Notes under the pieces: model-generated
Seen by the model: only the letters and a program-made list of their open reading frames with translations
Database searches by the model: none
What the model was told of the DNA's origin: nothing
Translations under genes and position numbers: made by a program
Part shown: piece by piece, positions 11,102 through 22,477 of the stretch
Position numbering within the stretch: position 1 is the first letter of the stretch
Layout of the letters: each line of letters starts with the position of its first letter
NCBI GenBank assembly: GCA_963845755.1
Contig: CAWJTV010000034.1
Span: 736,517 to 800,516, forward strand
Reading direction: 5' to 3'
DNA length: 64,000 nucleotides
DNA from: an uncultured Planctomycetota bacterium
GTDB lineage: Bacteria; Planctomycetota; Planctomycetia; Isosphaerales; Isosphaeraceae

Positions 11102-11835
11102 TTGGCCTCGACTTTGAAAACCGCGCTCGTTACCGGGGCGGGAAGCGGCATCGGGCGGAGCATCACGGCCACCTTGGCCGACATGGGCCTGCGCGTCGCC
11201 CTTCTCGGCCGCAATCGTGAGAAGCTCGAGCGCGCCCGGGCCGAGCTGGCCAGCGGTCGCGATTCGGCGTTCGTCGCCGCCTGCGATATCAGCGACCGGT
11301 TTGCCGTCACGGCGGCCGTCGATCAGATATTGGCCGCGTTCGAGGGGATCGACGTACTCGTGTGCAACGCGGGGACCAACGTGAAGAACCGGAGCCTCGA
11401 ATCCCTCGACCCGGCCGACTGGGACCGAATGATCGCTATCAACCTCACAGGGGCCTTCAACCTCGTTCATGCGATCCTGCCGTCGATGCGGCAGAAGCAG
11501 AACGGGCTGGTCATTCAGATCTGCTCGGTGTCCGGTTTGCGCGCGAGCACCCTAGGGGCGCCGGCTACTCGGCGTCGAAGTTCGGCCAGTCCGCTCTCGG
11601 CATTTGTCTGGGTCGCGAGGAGGGCACCCGCGGCATCCGGTCCTCCGTCATCTATCCCGGCGAGGTGAACACGCCGATCCTCGATGCGCGGCCGGTTCCC
11701 GTGGGACCCGACCGACGCGCGGCGATTCTCCAGCCGGAAGATGTCGCCGCGGCCGTCCGGTTCCTCGTCAACCTCCACCCGCGCGCCCACGTGCCCGAAC
11801 TCGTCATCAAGCCGACGGTCGATGACTTCTGCTGA
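11102..11835 (+). CDS. SDR-family oxidoreductase (frameshift ~11555)
   Basis: TGAGSGIG, CNAG, YSASKFG in second frame; AGGAG RBS before TTG. Confidence 0.9.
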
Positions 11836-11925
11836 TTTCCCGGGTGGCAAGCAAGGCCGGGGCGGCCTGATCCGCCCGTCTACCGACATCCTTCTCGCCA
11901 CTTCGCCGCTCGCGGAGCCGCGCGC

Positions 11926-13931
11926 TTACGAAGAGGCCGCGGCTTTGCGGTGCACCTCGTCATGATTCATCTGGCCGGCCTCGACCTCGCCGGTCGCGTA
12001 TTCGTTGAACTCGGTGTAGACCAGGTGACGATAGAGCTTGCTCTCGTTCTGAAGGTGAACCGGCGCCCCCGTCTCTTCGACGCGGCCGTGTTGCAGGACA
12101 AGGACATGGTCGCTCGCCCGCAGGCTCGAGAGGCGGTGCGGGATCAATATCAGCGTCCGGCCGTTCGATAGGCGCGCCAACGTGTCGTCGATGAAGTGCC
12201 TGGCGTCCTGATCGATCGGAGAGTTCGGTTCTTCCACGACCAGGATCGAGGGGTCGTGCAGGTAGGCGCGGGCCAGGGCGATCCGGAACTGCTCGTCGGG
12301 TTTGAGGTAGTGGCCGAGCTGGCCAATAATCGTATCGTAGCCGTGCGGGAGATCCTGGATGAAGTGGTGGGCGTGCGTGATCTTGGCGGCCTCGATCACG
12401 CGCGGCAGGGTGTTCATCGGATCGCCCAGGCCGATGTTGACCAGTACGCTGTCGGTGAACACCAGGTCGGCCTGGAGCACGGTGGCGACTTGGGCGCGGA
12501 CCGAGTCGAGTGTCGCCTCGCGGATATCGCGGCCGTCGATCAGCACTCGGCCCGACTTGGGGTCGATCAATCGGGGAATGAGGCAGGCAATCGCCAGCTT
12601 CGAGTCGTCGTCAAATCCCACCAGCGCCGTCCGCACGCCCGCGGGGATCTCCACCGAGACGTCGTCGAGCAGGATCCGACCCGATCGGCTCTCCAGGGAG
12701 ACATTCTCCAGCGTGATCTGCTCCTTGAGCGAGTTGAGGAAATGTGCGCCGACGGTCTGGTGCAACTCGGGCTTGCGTTCGAGGAACTCCAGGATGCCGG
12801 TCGCCGACCGGTTGGCCTGCCGGAGGGCCTTCTGGAGCCTCAGCCATTCCGTGATCGGGTAGGCCATCCCCGTGAGCGACACGAACAAAATCACCATGGT
12901 CGCGATCGAGAATTGCTTGGTCACGACGACGTTATAGCCGAGCAGCCCGAGGGCCAGGGCCAGGGCCGCCCCGAAGAGCAGGAGGGTGCTCGGATTGAGC
13001 TGGGCGCCGGTCGCCATCCGCCGAGCGTCGGCAAGCCGGAATCGGTTCAGGTGCTCCTCGAATCGCTGACGATCGTATTCCTCGATGTTGTAGATCCGGA
13101 CCGTTCGGAGCAATCCCAGGTCCTCGTGGAGCAGGCACAACTGGACCGACGCATCCCGCATGGCCGCGTCCGACGACAGGCGGGCATCGCGGCTCCATGA
13201 CCCGGGCGGTCATCCAGACCAGCCCGCCCAGCGACGCTAGGAACACCGTCAACGTCGGCGAGACGAGGAGGGACAGAAGCAGCAGGCCGGCCGCCAGGAC
13301 GTGGACGCGGGGCGTGAATTCCAGGTCGGCAAACAGGCCGTCGCGGATGTCATTCACCTCGCGCGTCCAGAGGTTGATCACCGGCCCCACGCCCTCGGTC
13401 GGCAACGACGATTGGCCCAGCCGGTACATCTGGCGATGGAGCTGGAGCCGGAGGGTCGTCGCCACCTCGGTCGCCGCGCGCACCGTCACCTGACGCCGCC
13501 ACTGGGAGAGGATCGCGATCAAGATCAAGCAGATCAATCCCAACGCGAGCAACGAGCCGAGCGCCGAGGTTGTTCCGCAGGGTCGGCAGCAACGCGGTGA
13601 AGGCCATCATGGCCCTCGCCTCGACGCGATGGATCGGGTTCCTACCGGCGTAGTTGTCCGCGATCATCGGGAAAACGCCCGTGTCATCGTAGAGCAGGAA
13701 GTTATGCTCCTGCCCGACGTAGTGCGACGTCACCCATGTCGGCAACTCATTGACGCGATCCTTGGGGAACCGTGCCTCGCCCCGCGACGACATCAGCGCG
13801 ACGAACAGGGCCAGGATCCCCAGCAAAGCCACGATCAAGAGTGAATGAATGACCCCGAGTGTCCGCGCAGTGACTTGATCGCGCCGAGAACTCAGGAGGT
13901 TTCGCGCGCGACGATATGCAAGGGCCTGCAT
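11926..13931 (-). CDS. ABC exporter-type TMD-NBD fusion with degenerate NBD (frameshifts ~13190, ~13560)
   Basis: TM helices in ORFs 13350-14285 and 12932-13552; NBD with AHHFIQDLPHGYDT, RIALARAYL, HRLS. Confidence 0.85.
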
Positions 13932-14116
13932 GCGTGAGATCCCCCGACTTGGGGCCAAGCGCTCGATACGGGGTTGCCCGACCCGCCGGCTCCGATGCGC
14001 GTGTCCGCACCCACCGCGACCGCCCCTCGCCTCGGTCGTCCAGAGCCACTCCCCAGTCCTCGGGAGTGGCTCCCGACCGAAGCCGACGCAACCGCGCACC
14101 GGCGAGGGCGGTCGCG

Positions 14117-14938
14117 TCAGGCCAGGTCGCGGTCCTCGAACAAGAGGAACGCCAACAACAACGCTGCTACACTGTACAACACGCAATACCCGAATGTCGG
14201 CAGGACGTACCCAAGCCACGGGATCACGGCCCCTGTGGAGATCGATGGGCCCGCGTTGAAGAATTCCAGGGCTGGCAGCGCCCACGCAAAGAATTTGGCC
14301 ATGAATCCGACCAGCTCATTCACCTGCTTCGCCTCGGCCGCTTCCACCAGTACCGGGCTCAGGTGCCCGAGGAAGAAGATCAGGATGCAAACCACCAGGT
14401 TGGCCAGCATGGGTAGTCGTGTGGAGATCGCCACGCTGATGGCCGTCAGGACGGTCACTTCCATGAAGCCCAGCGCCAATCCCGGCATAACCTGCATCAC
14501 CTGCGCCCACTGCTTCGACGATTCCGCGATCCCTCCGGCCGATTCGCGCAGATCGTACTCGTACTTGTACCACACGCCCGCGGCAAACAACCCACCCAGG
14601 ATCGCGTAGAGTGCCAGCACGCCCAGCTCGATCCCCAGGAATTTCCCGATGATGAATTGCCGACGGTTGATCGGCTTCGATAACAACGTGATCGCCGTCT
14701 TCCCCTCGATCTCTTCGGCAACTGTAGAGCTCGCCGTCAAGAGGGCCAGCAGCATGCAGAAGAACGAGATCGTGGTCAATCCCGTGTCTTTGTACATCTT
14801 GATGTCTTCACCAAACGTGAAGTACGAGATGAAGATCGTCACGATCAGCAAGGCACCGGCGAAGACCGCCATGACGAAGAACGCCGGCTGTCGGATGGCT
14901 TCCTTCGCGGTTGCAAGAGCAATGGTGATTGATTTCAT
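14117..14938 (-). CDS. ABC-2-type permease subunit
   Basis: EIEGKTAITLLSKPINRRQFIIGKFLG; six TM segments; ends FEDRDLA. Confidence 0.88.
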   Translation of the reverse strand: MKSITIALATAKEAIRQPAFFVMAVFAGALLIVTIFISYFTFGEDIKMYKDTGLTTISFFCMLLALLTASSTVAEEIEGKTAITLLSKPINRRQFIIGKFLGIELGVLALYAILGGLFAAGVWYKYEYDLRESAGGIAESSKQWAQVMQVMPGLALGFMEVTVLTAISVAISTRLPMLANLVVCILIFFLGHLSPVLVEAAEAKQVNELVGFMAKFFAWALPALEFFNAGPSISTGAVIPWLGYVLPTFGYCVLYSVAALLLAFLLFEDRDLA

Positions 14939-15030
14939 GATTCCCTTGGGATTGAGTCATCCAGGATGAATGAGAAAGAATCGAACGATCGCGGAGTCCG
15001 AGTCGCCGGGATTCGGGACTCTCTGGTCCG

Positions 15031-15309
15031 CTAATGACGAATCGTGAAGCCGGAAATCGGAGATGCACCCAGTGGTTCGTACGCGGTGTCTACGGTTTCG
15101 ATGTATGAGTTCATCTCTTCGAGGATGGCCGACAAGAAGTGATCCACCTCCTGGCCGTGGCCCTCAACCACAAGTTCAACGCGGCCGTCGGGCAGGTTGC
15201 GAACGAAGCCCGCAACGTCGAAACCGCGGGCCAGGGACTGGCAGGTGTATCGGAAGCCCACCCCCTGGACACGGCCCGAAAAAACGACGCGGCGACGCTC
15301 TCGATGCAT
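15031..15309 (-). CDS. acyP: Acylphosphatase
   Basis: GRVQGVGFR, GFVRNLPDGRVE. Confidence 0.93.
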   Translation of the reverse strand: MHRERRRVVFSGRVQGVGFRYTCQSLARGFDVAGFVRNLPDGRVELVVEGHGQEVDHFLSAILEEMNSYIETVDTAYEPLGASPISGFTIRH

Positions 15310-15388
15310 GCAATTCCGCCTGGCTGAGGCCAGGCCCGACGGATCCCAGGATGACTCATGGGCAAGTCCGACACGCCCGAAGAAAGAA

Positions 15389-15424
15389 GGGGACCGGCTC
15401 CGAGTCGTCGAGGTGCCTGTCCCC
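15389..15424. repeat. REP-like palindrome (family also at 60255-60290; partial at ~18617 and ~20478)
   Basis: GGGGACCGGCTCCGAG..TCGAGGTGCCTGTCCCC nearly identical to 60255-60290. Confidence 0.7.
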
Positions 15425-15679
15425 CTATTCGTTCGGGCGTTGTAGCGCCGGCCCATCCATCCTAGCGGCTCCCGCCCAGAGGAAGCAAGTCGTCATGGGC
15501 AAGTGCGTCTCGGCAGGTGAGGTAGGCCCGGACTCAATGGAAGCATCGGAGCTCCCGTCCAGGCTTCGTCAGCGACGGCGAACCCCGGTCTGGAGCAAGC
15601 TGGGAGTGGCTAGCCCGCGGGTGTAACTCGAAATCAGGGTGGAATATCGATCAAGCATCCCATGGTCGCGAGAGCAGCA

Positions 15680-15731
15680 GGCGGAGCGGTGCAGGGCTTT
15701 CGGAATGCCCAAGTCCCTGCACCGCTCCGCC
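15680..15731 (-). terminator. Strong hairpin just 3' of 15745-17130 gene (no U-tract)
   Basis: 17-bp perfect arms GGCGGAGCGGTGCAGGG / CCCTGCACCGCTCCGCC. Confidence 0.5.
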
Positions 15732-15744
15732 AGGCTTATGCGGC

Positions 15745-17130
15745 TCAAAGGCCATTGAGTTCGACGTGTTCGACGAGAGAGGCCGTGGCCGCCTGGAGGG
15801 GCAAGAGCGCCGATCGGGCCGGCCCAACACCCACGCCCTGGAATGGGACGGACGGTGCCCCCGACGAGTTCCCGGCGCGGACGACCACGTTGGACACCGT
15901 GAACGGCAAGCGGTTCTCCAGTCGGAGCGTCGTGCTGCCCACGGCCCGTCGCGCCGGCTTCACCGTGACGAAGGCCCCGGCCAGAGCGCGATCGATGGCC
16001 CGAGAGAGCGTGGCGCCATCCACCACGGATATCGACGAATTCTCGCGGAAGGACACTTTCCCGAACGGGGACCAGGCGTTGGGCGCGGCACAGGTAGTGA
16101 CCACGATCCGGCCGCGGGTCTCACCCGTCCGGGCCTCGGTCAAGAAGACCTTCAGCGCCAGCGAAGGGGCCGTCGCCGCCGGAAGCCCGTCGGCCTCGAT
16201 GACCTTGAGAGGGAGTCCCATCACGCGCAGACCGTCGAGCTGACCCTGGAGCCGTCGGGCGTCGCGGCTGAGGGTCCCTTCGCCTTGGACCTGGATGAAG
16301 AGACGCGACTCGCTGAGTGCCGAAGACTCGACCAGCTCGCTCGCGCTCGAGTCGTCGAGCGCCTCGACGAATCGCGCGGCCAGCGCGATCTCGTGGCCGT
16401 TCATAACCTTGCCGCCGGCCTGCTCCATCATGACCTCGAACGGCAGGTCGTTACAGAGCCGCCACATGACGGCCTGGGCGACCCCCTGACTGGTGCCAAG
16501 GGTGGCCAGGCTCCGCAGTGCCTTGCGGATGCGAGGGTCAGCCGTATAGGTGTCAACGTCCATGAGGGTCAGTTTGTCGCGACCACTCGGGGCTGCGAGC
16601 CCGTAATTCAGGCAGACGCCGGGGATAGAAACCTCGATCGTCTCGCCGGCGGGGACGGCCACCGCGTGGCTGACCGGGTCCACGGTCGGCGCGACGGAGT
16701 GCAGCCCGGCAATCGCCTCACCCTGGAACTCGCCAAAGGCGCCTTCCCGGTTGGTCACCGAACCGAGGCCGATGCTCTGAAGGCCGCCGCCACGGCCGCC
16801 GGCGCCCCCGCCACCGGGCTGGGCGACCTTGCTGGACGCCACAAGGCCCGGCGGAATGATCACGCTCAACCGACGGCTCGAGTTGTTCTTGATCGTCATG
16901 CGGACCTGATCCTGGCCGTGACCGCGGGTCACGACCGCCAGCTCGCCGGACTTGCTGGCCTGGAGGAGGTCAACCGTTGCGGTCACGACTTCGACCGGCG
17001 GCGCGGACGGCTCCGTGGTCACCGGAGCCGGTGTCTGGGCCGTCGCAATTGACCCGCCCAGGAACAGCATTCCACTGAGAAGGCCCGCGGCCGCCAGGGC
17101 CCGGACCAGACAAAGGTGTTGACACTGCAT
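15745..17130 (-). CDS. Secreted hypothetical protein
   Basis: Long ORF, signal peptide ending ATA-Q, GVCLNYG motif. Confidence 0.8.
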   Translation of the reverse strand: MQCQHLCLVRALAAAGLLSGMLFLGGSIATAQTPAPVTTEPSAPPVEVVTATVDLLQASKSGELAVVTRGHGQDQVRMTIKNNSSRRLSVIIPPGLVASSKVAQPGGGGAGGRGGGLQSIGLGSVTNREGAFGEFQGEAIAGLHSVAPTVDPVSHAVAVPAGETIEVSIPGVCLNYGLAAPSGRDKLTLMDVDTYTADPRIRKALRSLATLGTSQGVAQAVMWRLCNDLPFEVMMEQAGGKVMNGHEIALAARFVEALDDSSASELVESSALSESRLFIQVQGEGTLSRDARRLQGQLDGLRVMGLPLKVIEADGLPAATAPSLALKVFLTEARTGETRGRIVVTTCAAPNAWSPFGKVSFRENSSISVVDGATLSRAIDRALAGAFVTVKPARRAVGSTTLRLENRLPFTVSNVVVRAGNSSGAPSVPFQGVGVGPARSALLPLQAATASLVEHVELNGL

Positions 17131-17614
17131 CGCGCTTGTCCCTTTCTGGACGGGGCCGACGCCGGAGGGCCGAACCATCCTGCCGTTCCCTCCCAGGCCC
17201 GAGTCACCGACAAAACTGTGGGAGATCATCCGATCCCTTCCCCACGCACCACCGTGACATCTTCCCATTCTGTGCAGACGTTGCCGCGCTCTTCAATATT
17301 CGAACGCATCACGTCCTAGTATTCGGCCGACAGCCGTCCAATCATTCGGTCGAATTGGCGAAATGCCCAAAACGCGCGATTTCGCCGCTCGGCGGCATTC
17401 CGGATCGTCATCTCCCGGATTCTCATCGCATTCGGGACAGTCAACAGGTCGCGCCGTCCGCGGGCGCCGAACCCAATCTCGTGTCCGGGACACGCGACCC
17501 GCCGATCGAAAGGATCGCCTTGTCACCCGAATTCGCGGCCGACCATAATCCAACGTGGCGGTATCGTGGCGGCTCGTCGATGACTCTGTGTGCGAAGCAA
17601 GGGAGGATCCATCG

Positions 17615-18429
17615 ATGCAGTCCCAGGCGAATCGCGTGTTGATCACCGGGGGCAGCCGTGGGTTGGGACGAGCAGCGGGCGAGTGGCTCGCCGCGCAGGG
17701 ATCCGCGGTCGGACTCATCGCCAGGACACAGATCGACCTGAGCGCCGCGGTCGCGGCGATCGAAGGGGCAGGGGGATTCGCATGCTCTCAGGTCTGTGAT
17801 GTCCGGGACCGCGCAAGGCTCGAGGCATCGACGACCCGAATTGCCGGTGTACTGGGCGGACTCGACGCCCTCGTATGCGCAGTCGGCCGGCTGCGCGGGA
17901 TCGGGCCGACCGCCATTGTCGACGCGGATCTCTGGTGGGATGACGTCGAGACCGCGGTACGCGGCGTCCATCATGCCATCCGTGCGGCACTCCCCTGGCT
18001 CCGCAAATCCGCGAAGGGATCGATTACGGTCCTGGTCGGTCCTGGCCACCAGGGGCGCTTCCGTTTGCGACGGGCTACGGGTGTGCTCAGGCCGCGCTGG
18101 TCCGCCTCGTCGAATCGCTCGGCCAGGAGTTGGCTGCGGAAAACATCGTCATTTACGCCGTGACTCCCGGACTGGTTCCGACGGGGGTCGTCCGCGGTCT
18201 CATCGATAGTCGCGAGGGGCGGCGATGGCTGCCCCGCTTCAATGAAGCGTTCGCCGAAGGCAAGGAAGTCGACCCATCGATTGCCGCCGAGATGGTGGCA
18301 TGGCTGATCGAGAGGCGTCCGACCGAGTTGAATGGCCGAGTCGTCGCCGCCCCCGCAACCCCGGCCATCCTGGAGACCCGGCTGGAACGCATTCAGTCCG
18401 AGAATCTGGGCGTCCTTCGGCTGCGATAA
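17615..18429 (+). CDS. SDR-family oxidoreductase, atypical (frameshift ~18055)
   Basis: ITGGSRGLG; GGAGG RBS; YGCAQ at the YxxxK position; PGLVPT. Confidence 0.85.
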
Positions 18430-18742
18430 CGCTGTGGAAGGGCTCGGTCCGATCCGGACGCACGGATTCGATTCGCGGCGAACCGTCCGACCGACACCCT
18501 GCCAGGCCATTGACCAGAGTCCGTTAAGAAAATTAAACTCCCTATTAGAGGCAGCCGAATGCGTTTCGGGATCGAGAGGGCCGGGGCTTAAGCCGAGCCT
18601 TGGTTCCCCGGACGAGAGGGGACTGGCTCCACGACTTCGCCCTCCTTGTCAGGGCTCCTGAACAAGCGATCTCACGGGGCGGGGGCCTCGCGGGGAGAAC
18701 GAGTTCGCTCGAGTAACGCGATCGAGCATTGTGAGGACCTAC

Positions 18743-19237
18743 ATGAGTTTCGCCGAGGACGATGCTGGCGGCGACGTCGAGCTGGAAACGATGCATGGCC
18801 GGAGCTGGCCCTCGATCACGCAATTCTCGGTCTTCCTCGAGAACCGCGTAGGTCAATTGCTCGAGGTCTACCGCTCGTTTCAGGGGTCGAAGGTTCGGAT
18901 CGTCGGCCTGACCATTTCTGATTCGGCCGATTGTTCGATCCTCCGGCTGCTCCTGAGTCATTCCGAGCAGGGCCGAGAGATCCTCGCCCTGAATAAGCAC
19001 GCGTTCGCCGAGAACGAGCTGCTGGTGGTCGAGCTGCCCACCGGCCCGCATTCGCTCTCCGACATGTGCGTGGCGCTGCTCCAGGCCGAGATCAACATCC
19101 ACTATGCCTACCCGTTGCTCGTGCATCCGCGGAATCGCGGGGCCGTGGCGCTCCACGTCGATAATATCGAGCAGGCGAACATGACCTTGCACAGCATGGG
19201 CTTCGATCTCCTCTGCGAGGCGGATCTGGCTGTTTAG
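18743..19237 (+). CDS. Tandem ACT-domain protein
   Basis: QFSVFLENRVGQL, EINIHYAYPL. Confidence 0.85.
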   Translation: MSFAEDDAGGDVELETMHGRSWPSITQFSVFLENRVGQLLEVYRSFQGSKVRIVGLTISDSADCSILRLLLSHSEQGREILALNKHAFAENELLVVELPTGPHSLSDMCVALLQAEINIHYAYPLLVHPRNRGAVALHVDNIEQANMTLHSMGFDLLCEADLAV

Positions 19238-19292
19238 GATTCGGTCTCCGCCGTCGGGCCGGGGCCGAGCCATGTAAGGCGAGCGCAACCTG

Positions 19293-20399
19293 ATGAGCAA
19301 CGGTCTTTCGGGGAAGCTGGCATGGACTGAGGCCGATCCGCTGGACCCACACCTGGCGACCGCGACCGAGGAACTCGCCAGCGAAGATGGCCGATCAGCC
19401 GATCAAGCGGAATGGCCGGAACCACTCTGGGGAACGATCGAGCGCCTCGGGGCGTCCCGGTGGACGCTTCCCCGCGAATGCGGTGGCGAAGCCTGTAGTC
19501 GTCCGCTGCTGGTCCAGCGTTACGCGCGGCTGGCCGGTGGCAGCCTCACCGCGGTCTTCATCCTTTCCCAGCACGATGCGGCACTGCGCCGATTGCTGGC
19601 CGCGCCGGCGAACCCGACAGCCGACCGTTGGCTGAATGCCGTCGGCCGGAAGCGTGCCGTCGCGACGGTCGGCATCTCGCACCTGACGACCTCGCGGCGA
19701 CTGGGTGCGCAGGCAATCCACGTCTTCGAGGTTGCGCCCGGCCGTTATCGTTTGAACGGGACGATGCCCTGGGTGACGGCGGCCTCGCGTGCCAACCTCA
19801 TCGTCACGGGCGCGGCACTCGACGACGGCCGGCAAATGCTGATCGCGCTGCCGGCCGATCGGCCGGGCGTGACGATTTGCCCGCCCTTCGCACTGGCGGC
19901 GCTCCAGGCGTCGTGCACGTCGCAGGTCGATCTTCGAGACGTGGAGGTGGATGATTCCGACCTCCTGGCCGGGCCCGCGGCCGAGGTCCTGTCGCACGCC
20001 GGTGCGGTAGGAACCGGAGGGCTGGAGACGTCCGCCCTCGCACTCGGCCAGGCCCGCGCGGCGTTATCGGCCCTGGTCGCCCTGGCGCCGGACCGGAGCG
20101 AACTCCTCGAACCGTTGGATGTTCTCTGCGAGACGTCGCGCGCGCTCTGGGTCCAGCTCATGGCCCATGCGCGAGGCGAGCCCGACGCCTCCACTGCCAG
20201 CCAGATCCGAACCCAGGCCAACGCCCTGGTCCTCCGCTCGACGCAGGCCTATCTGACCGCGCGAAAAGGGACGGGATTCCTCCGGAGCGAGCCGGCCCAG
20301 CGGTGGGCACGGCAGGCCCTCTTCTTCCTCGTCTGGTCGTGCCCGGCGCCGATCGCCGAGGCCGCCATCCGCGACCTCGCAGGCCTCTGCCCGGCGTAA
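19293..20399 (+). CDS. Acyl-CoA dehydrogenase family protein
   Basis: LNGTMPWVT, KGTGFL...AQRWARQALFFLVWSCP. Confidence 0.85.
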   Translation: MSNGLSGKLAWTEADPLDPHLATATEELASEDGRSADQAEWPEPLWGTIERLGASRWTLPRECGGEACSRPLLVQRYARLAGGSLTAVFILSQHDAALRRLLAAPANPTADRWLNAVGRKRAVATVGISHLTTSRRLGAQAIHVFEVAPGRYRLNGTMPWVTAASRANLIVTGAALDDGRQMLIALPADRPGVTICPPFALAALQASCTSQVDLRDVEVDDSDLLAGPAAEVLSHAGAVGTGGLETSALALGQARAALSALVALAPDRSELLEPLDVLCETSRALWVQLMAHARGEPDASTASQIRTQANALVLRSTQAYLTARKGTGFLRSEPAQRWARQALFFLVWSCPAPIAEAAIRDLAGLCPA

Positions 20400-20670
20400 C
20401 CCGCACATTTCGTTCTCAACCAAGCGACGATGGGCAAGTCGGCTCATCGATTGCACGAGATACGCTCCAGGAGAAACGGGACCGGCTCGGTGGAGGCGTC
20501 GCGGAACCCGCGGCGATCGCTTGAGCCGAAGTGAGAGTGCTTAACGTTTGGGTTGCACACACCCTGAGGCGATTCGAATTCACCCCCCCTTCAGAACCGG
20601 CTTGGCCGGTTGCGCCGAACTCGGGAACCCGTGGCACCGGTCCGACAGAGCTTCATTCAATGCGCGGGGA

Positions 20671-22275
20671 TCACGGGACCTCCGCTGGTTTCCGTCCTTT
20701 CCCACCGGCGGCACTCCGTTTCCCGGGAGCGGGAAAGCAGAGCTGGTTACCGTTGTCGGGGAGGGTCGGGACCGGAGTTTGGACAATCCGGTCGAGGTCC
20801 GGGAGCCCCTCACGGGCGAAGATGATGCAATAGGAGTCCTGATAGAGAGATATCCAACCCGTCATACGGCTCAACGGGACAACGACCGGCCATCTCTTGG
20901 GTATCAGGATGAGATCCGTGGGCGACCCCGTTTTCAGCAAGGCATCCCAGGCACCGCTTCCTCGTGCGAGGTCGAGCGACTGCCGATAGCTCTGGTCCGA
21001 GTAAACCGTCTCGCGTCTGCCGTCGATCGAGACCTTGACCTCGGGCCCCAGGTGCCAGATGACATACTCACCCCAGTCGAAAGGGACCACCATGTTCCCA
21101 TGAAACCGGCTCTGATTCAGGAATGCGACCGCCCGCGCCGGGTAAGGGAAGTAGATTGGCTCGATGCGAATGCAGCCGAAACGCGGGAGCGAAATGCCGA
21201 TGAGCAACACCGACATGAACAGACTCAGCGCCGTGGCTGGAGTCGATTCCTCAACGGATGGTGATCCAAGCGGCCGCCATTGATTCCAGGCGTCCGCGAT
21301 GTGCACTCCGCCCAGAACCACCAGCGAGAGAGCGAACAACGGGTAATGACGATGGGCGATGAGAGGAAGGATCGCCGTGAGGACAAGAATGAGGACTGCC
21401 GCCGGTTTCCTTGGGCGTCGACTCCGGATCAGACTGATCGCGCCGATCAGCACGAGTCCGAGATAGAGGATTCCCGGCACGCTCGAGAATCGCACGGGCG
21501 TCCACTCGATGATCTCGGGCCGGGGTACCGTGCCAGTTCGGAGCAGGAATTGCACGAGCTCCACGCCATAGGGGTTGAATAACAGTGCAAGCCCGCAGAT
21601 CGAGCCGAGAAGTCCCAGTTGGCCCAGATCGACCAGGTATCCGAGCGGAGTGTGGTGATGGTCTCGGAGGACCGCGAGGCGGCGCACCAGCAGCCAGCCC
21701 AGGACGATGCCTACGCCCGCGAGGACCCCGCCGTGCAGGTTCACCCAGGCCGCGAAGATGATCGGCAAGACCCATAGGGTGGACTCATACCCTGCCTCCG
21801 CGCGCTCGAGCAGGAGCAACACCACGAAATAGAGACCGTAAGTGAATATCTGAGGCCGGATCGTGCCCAGGCCCATCTGATACGGGAAACCGATGAGCAC
21901 CAGCAGCATCAGCGAGCGCCCGGGCCCGAGGCCACAACGACCCAGATGGACATAGCTCAGCCCGGCGATCAGCAGGCTGACGAGCACCTTGGCTGCGATC
22001 AGCCCTGGCGGCCCCCATCGGTTGTAGACCATGGCAAAGATGACTTCGGACAGCCACTCGTGATTGATCCAGGACTGTCCTGCAGTCCGATAGGAGTATC
22101 TATCGGTCTGAATGGGCTGACCTGTGCTCGAGATGTCCTGGCCGAATCGGATGTGGCCCCAGATGTCGGGATCGGCCACAGTCTCAGCAAACCAGAACAC
22201 ACTCAGACTGCTGAGCAAGGCGATCGGACCGATTGCTCGCCAGGGAGGAAATCTCGACAGCGTCATTCTTGGCAT
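20671..22275 (-). CDS. Polytopic membrane protein, GT-C glycosyltransferase-like
   Basis: DPDIWGHIRFG, WINHEWLSEV, WVNLHGG, IDGRRETVY; many TM segments. Confidence 0.75.
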   Translation of the reverse strand: MPRMTLSRFPPWRAIGPIALLSSLSVFWFAETVADPDIWGHIRFGQDISSTGQPIQTDRYSYRTAGQSWINHEWLSEVIFAMVYNRWGPPGLIAAKVLVSLLIAGLSYVHLGRCGLGPGRSLMLLVLIGFPYQMGLGTIRPQIFTYGLYFVVLLLLERAEAGYESTLWVLPIIFAAWVNLHGGVLAGVGIVLGWLLVRRLAVLRDHHHTPLGYLVDLGQLGLLGSICGLALLFNPYGVELVQFLLRTGTVPRPEIIEWTPVRFSSVPGILYLGLVLIGAISLIRSRRPRKPAAVLILVLTAILPLIAHRHYPLFALSLVVLGGVHIADAWNQWRPLGSPSVEESTPATALSLFMSVLLIGISLPRFGCIRIEPIYFPYPARAVAFLNQSRFHGNMVVPFDWGEYVIWHLGPEVKVSIDGRRETVYSDQSYRQSLDLARGSGAWDALLKTGSPTDLILIPKRWPVVVPLSRMTGWISLYQDSYCIIFAREGLPDLDRIVQTPVPTLPDNGNQLCFPAPGKRSAAGGKGRKPAEVP

Positions 22276-22477
22276 TTCCCTCGGGCTCGGACCGATTTCC
22301 GTGGGTTAATGGGGGTCTCTAAGAGAGTTCGGAAGCAGCAAGCTACGCAACGACTGACCGACTTCTAACCGCGCGGCTGCTGGCGGTTCCCGCGAACCGT
22401 CAGTGCAGCGACCTGGTGGCGGAAAAGACACCCGGCGGGGTTCGCGATGCGCCGTCGGTTCGCAGCTTCCCAACGCT

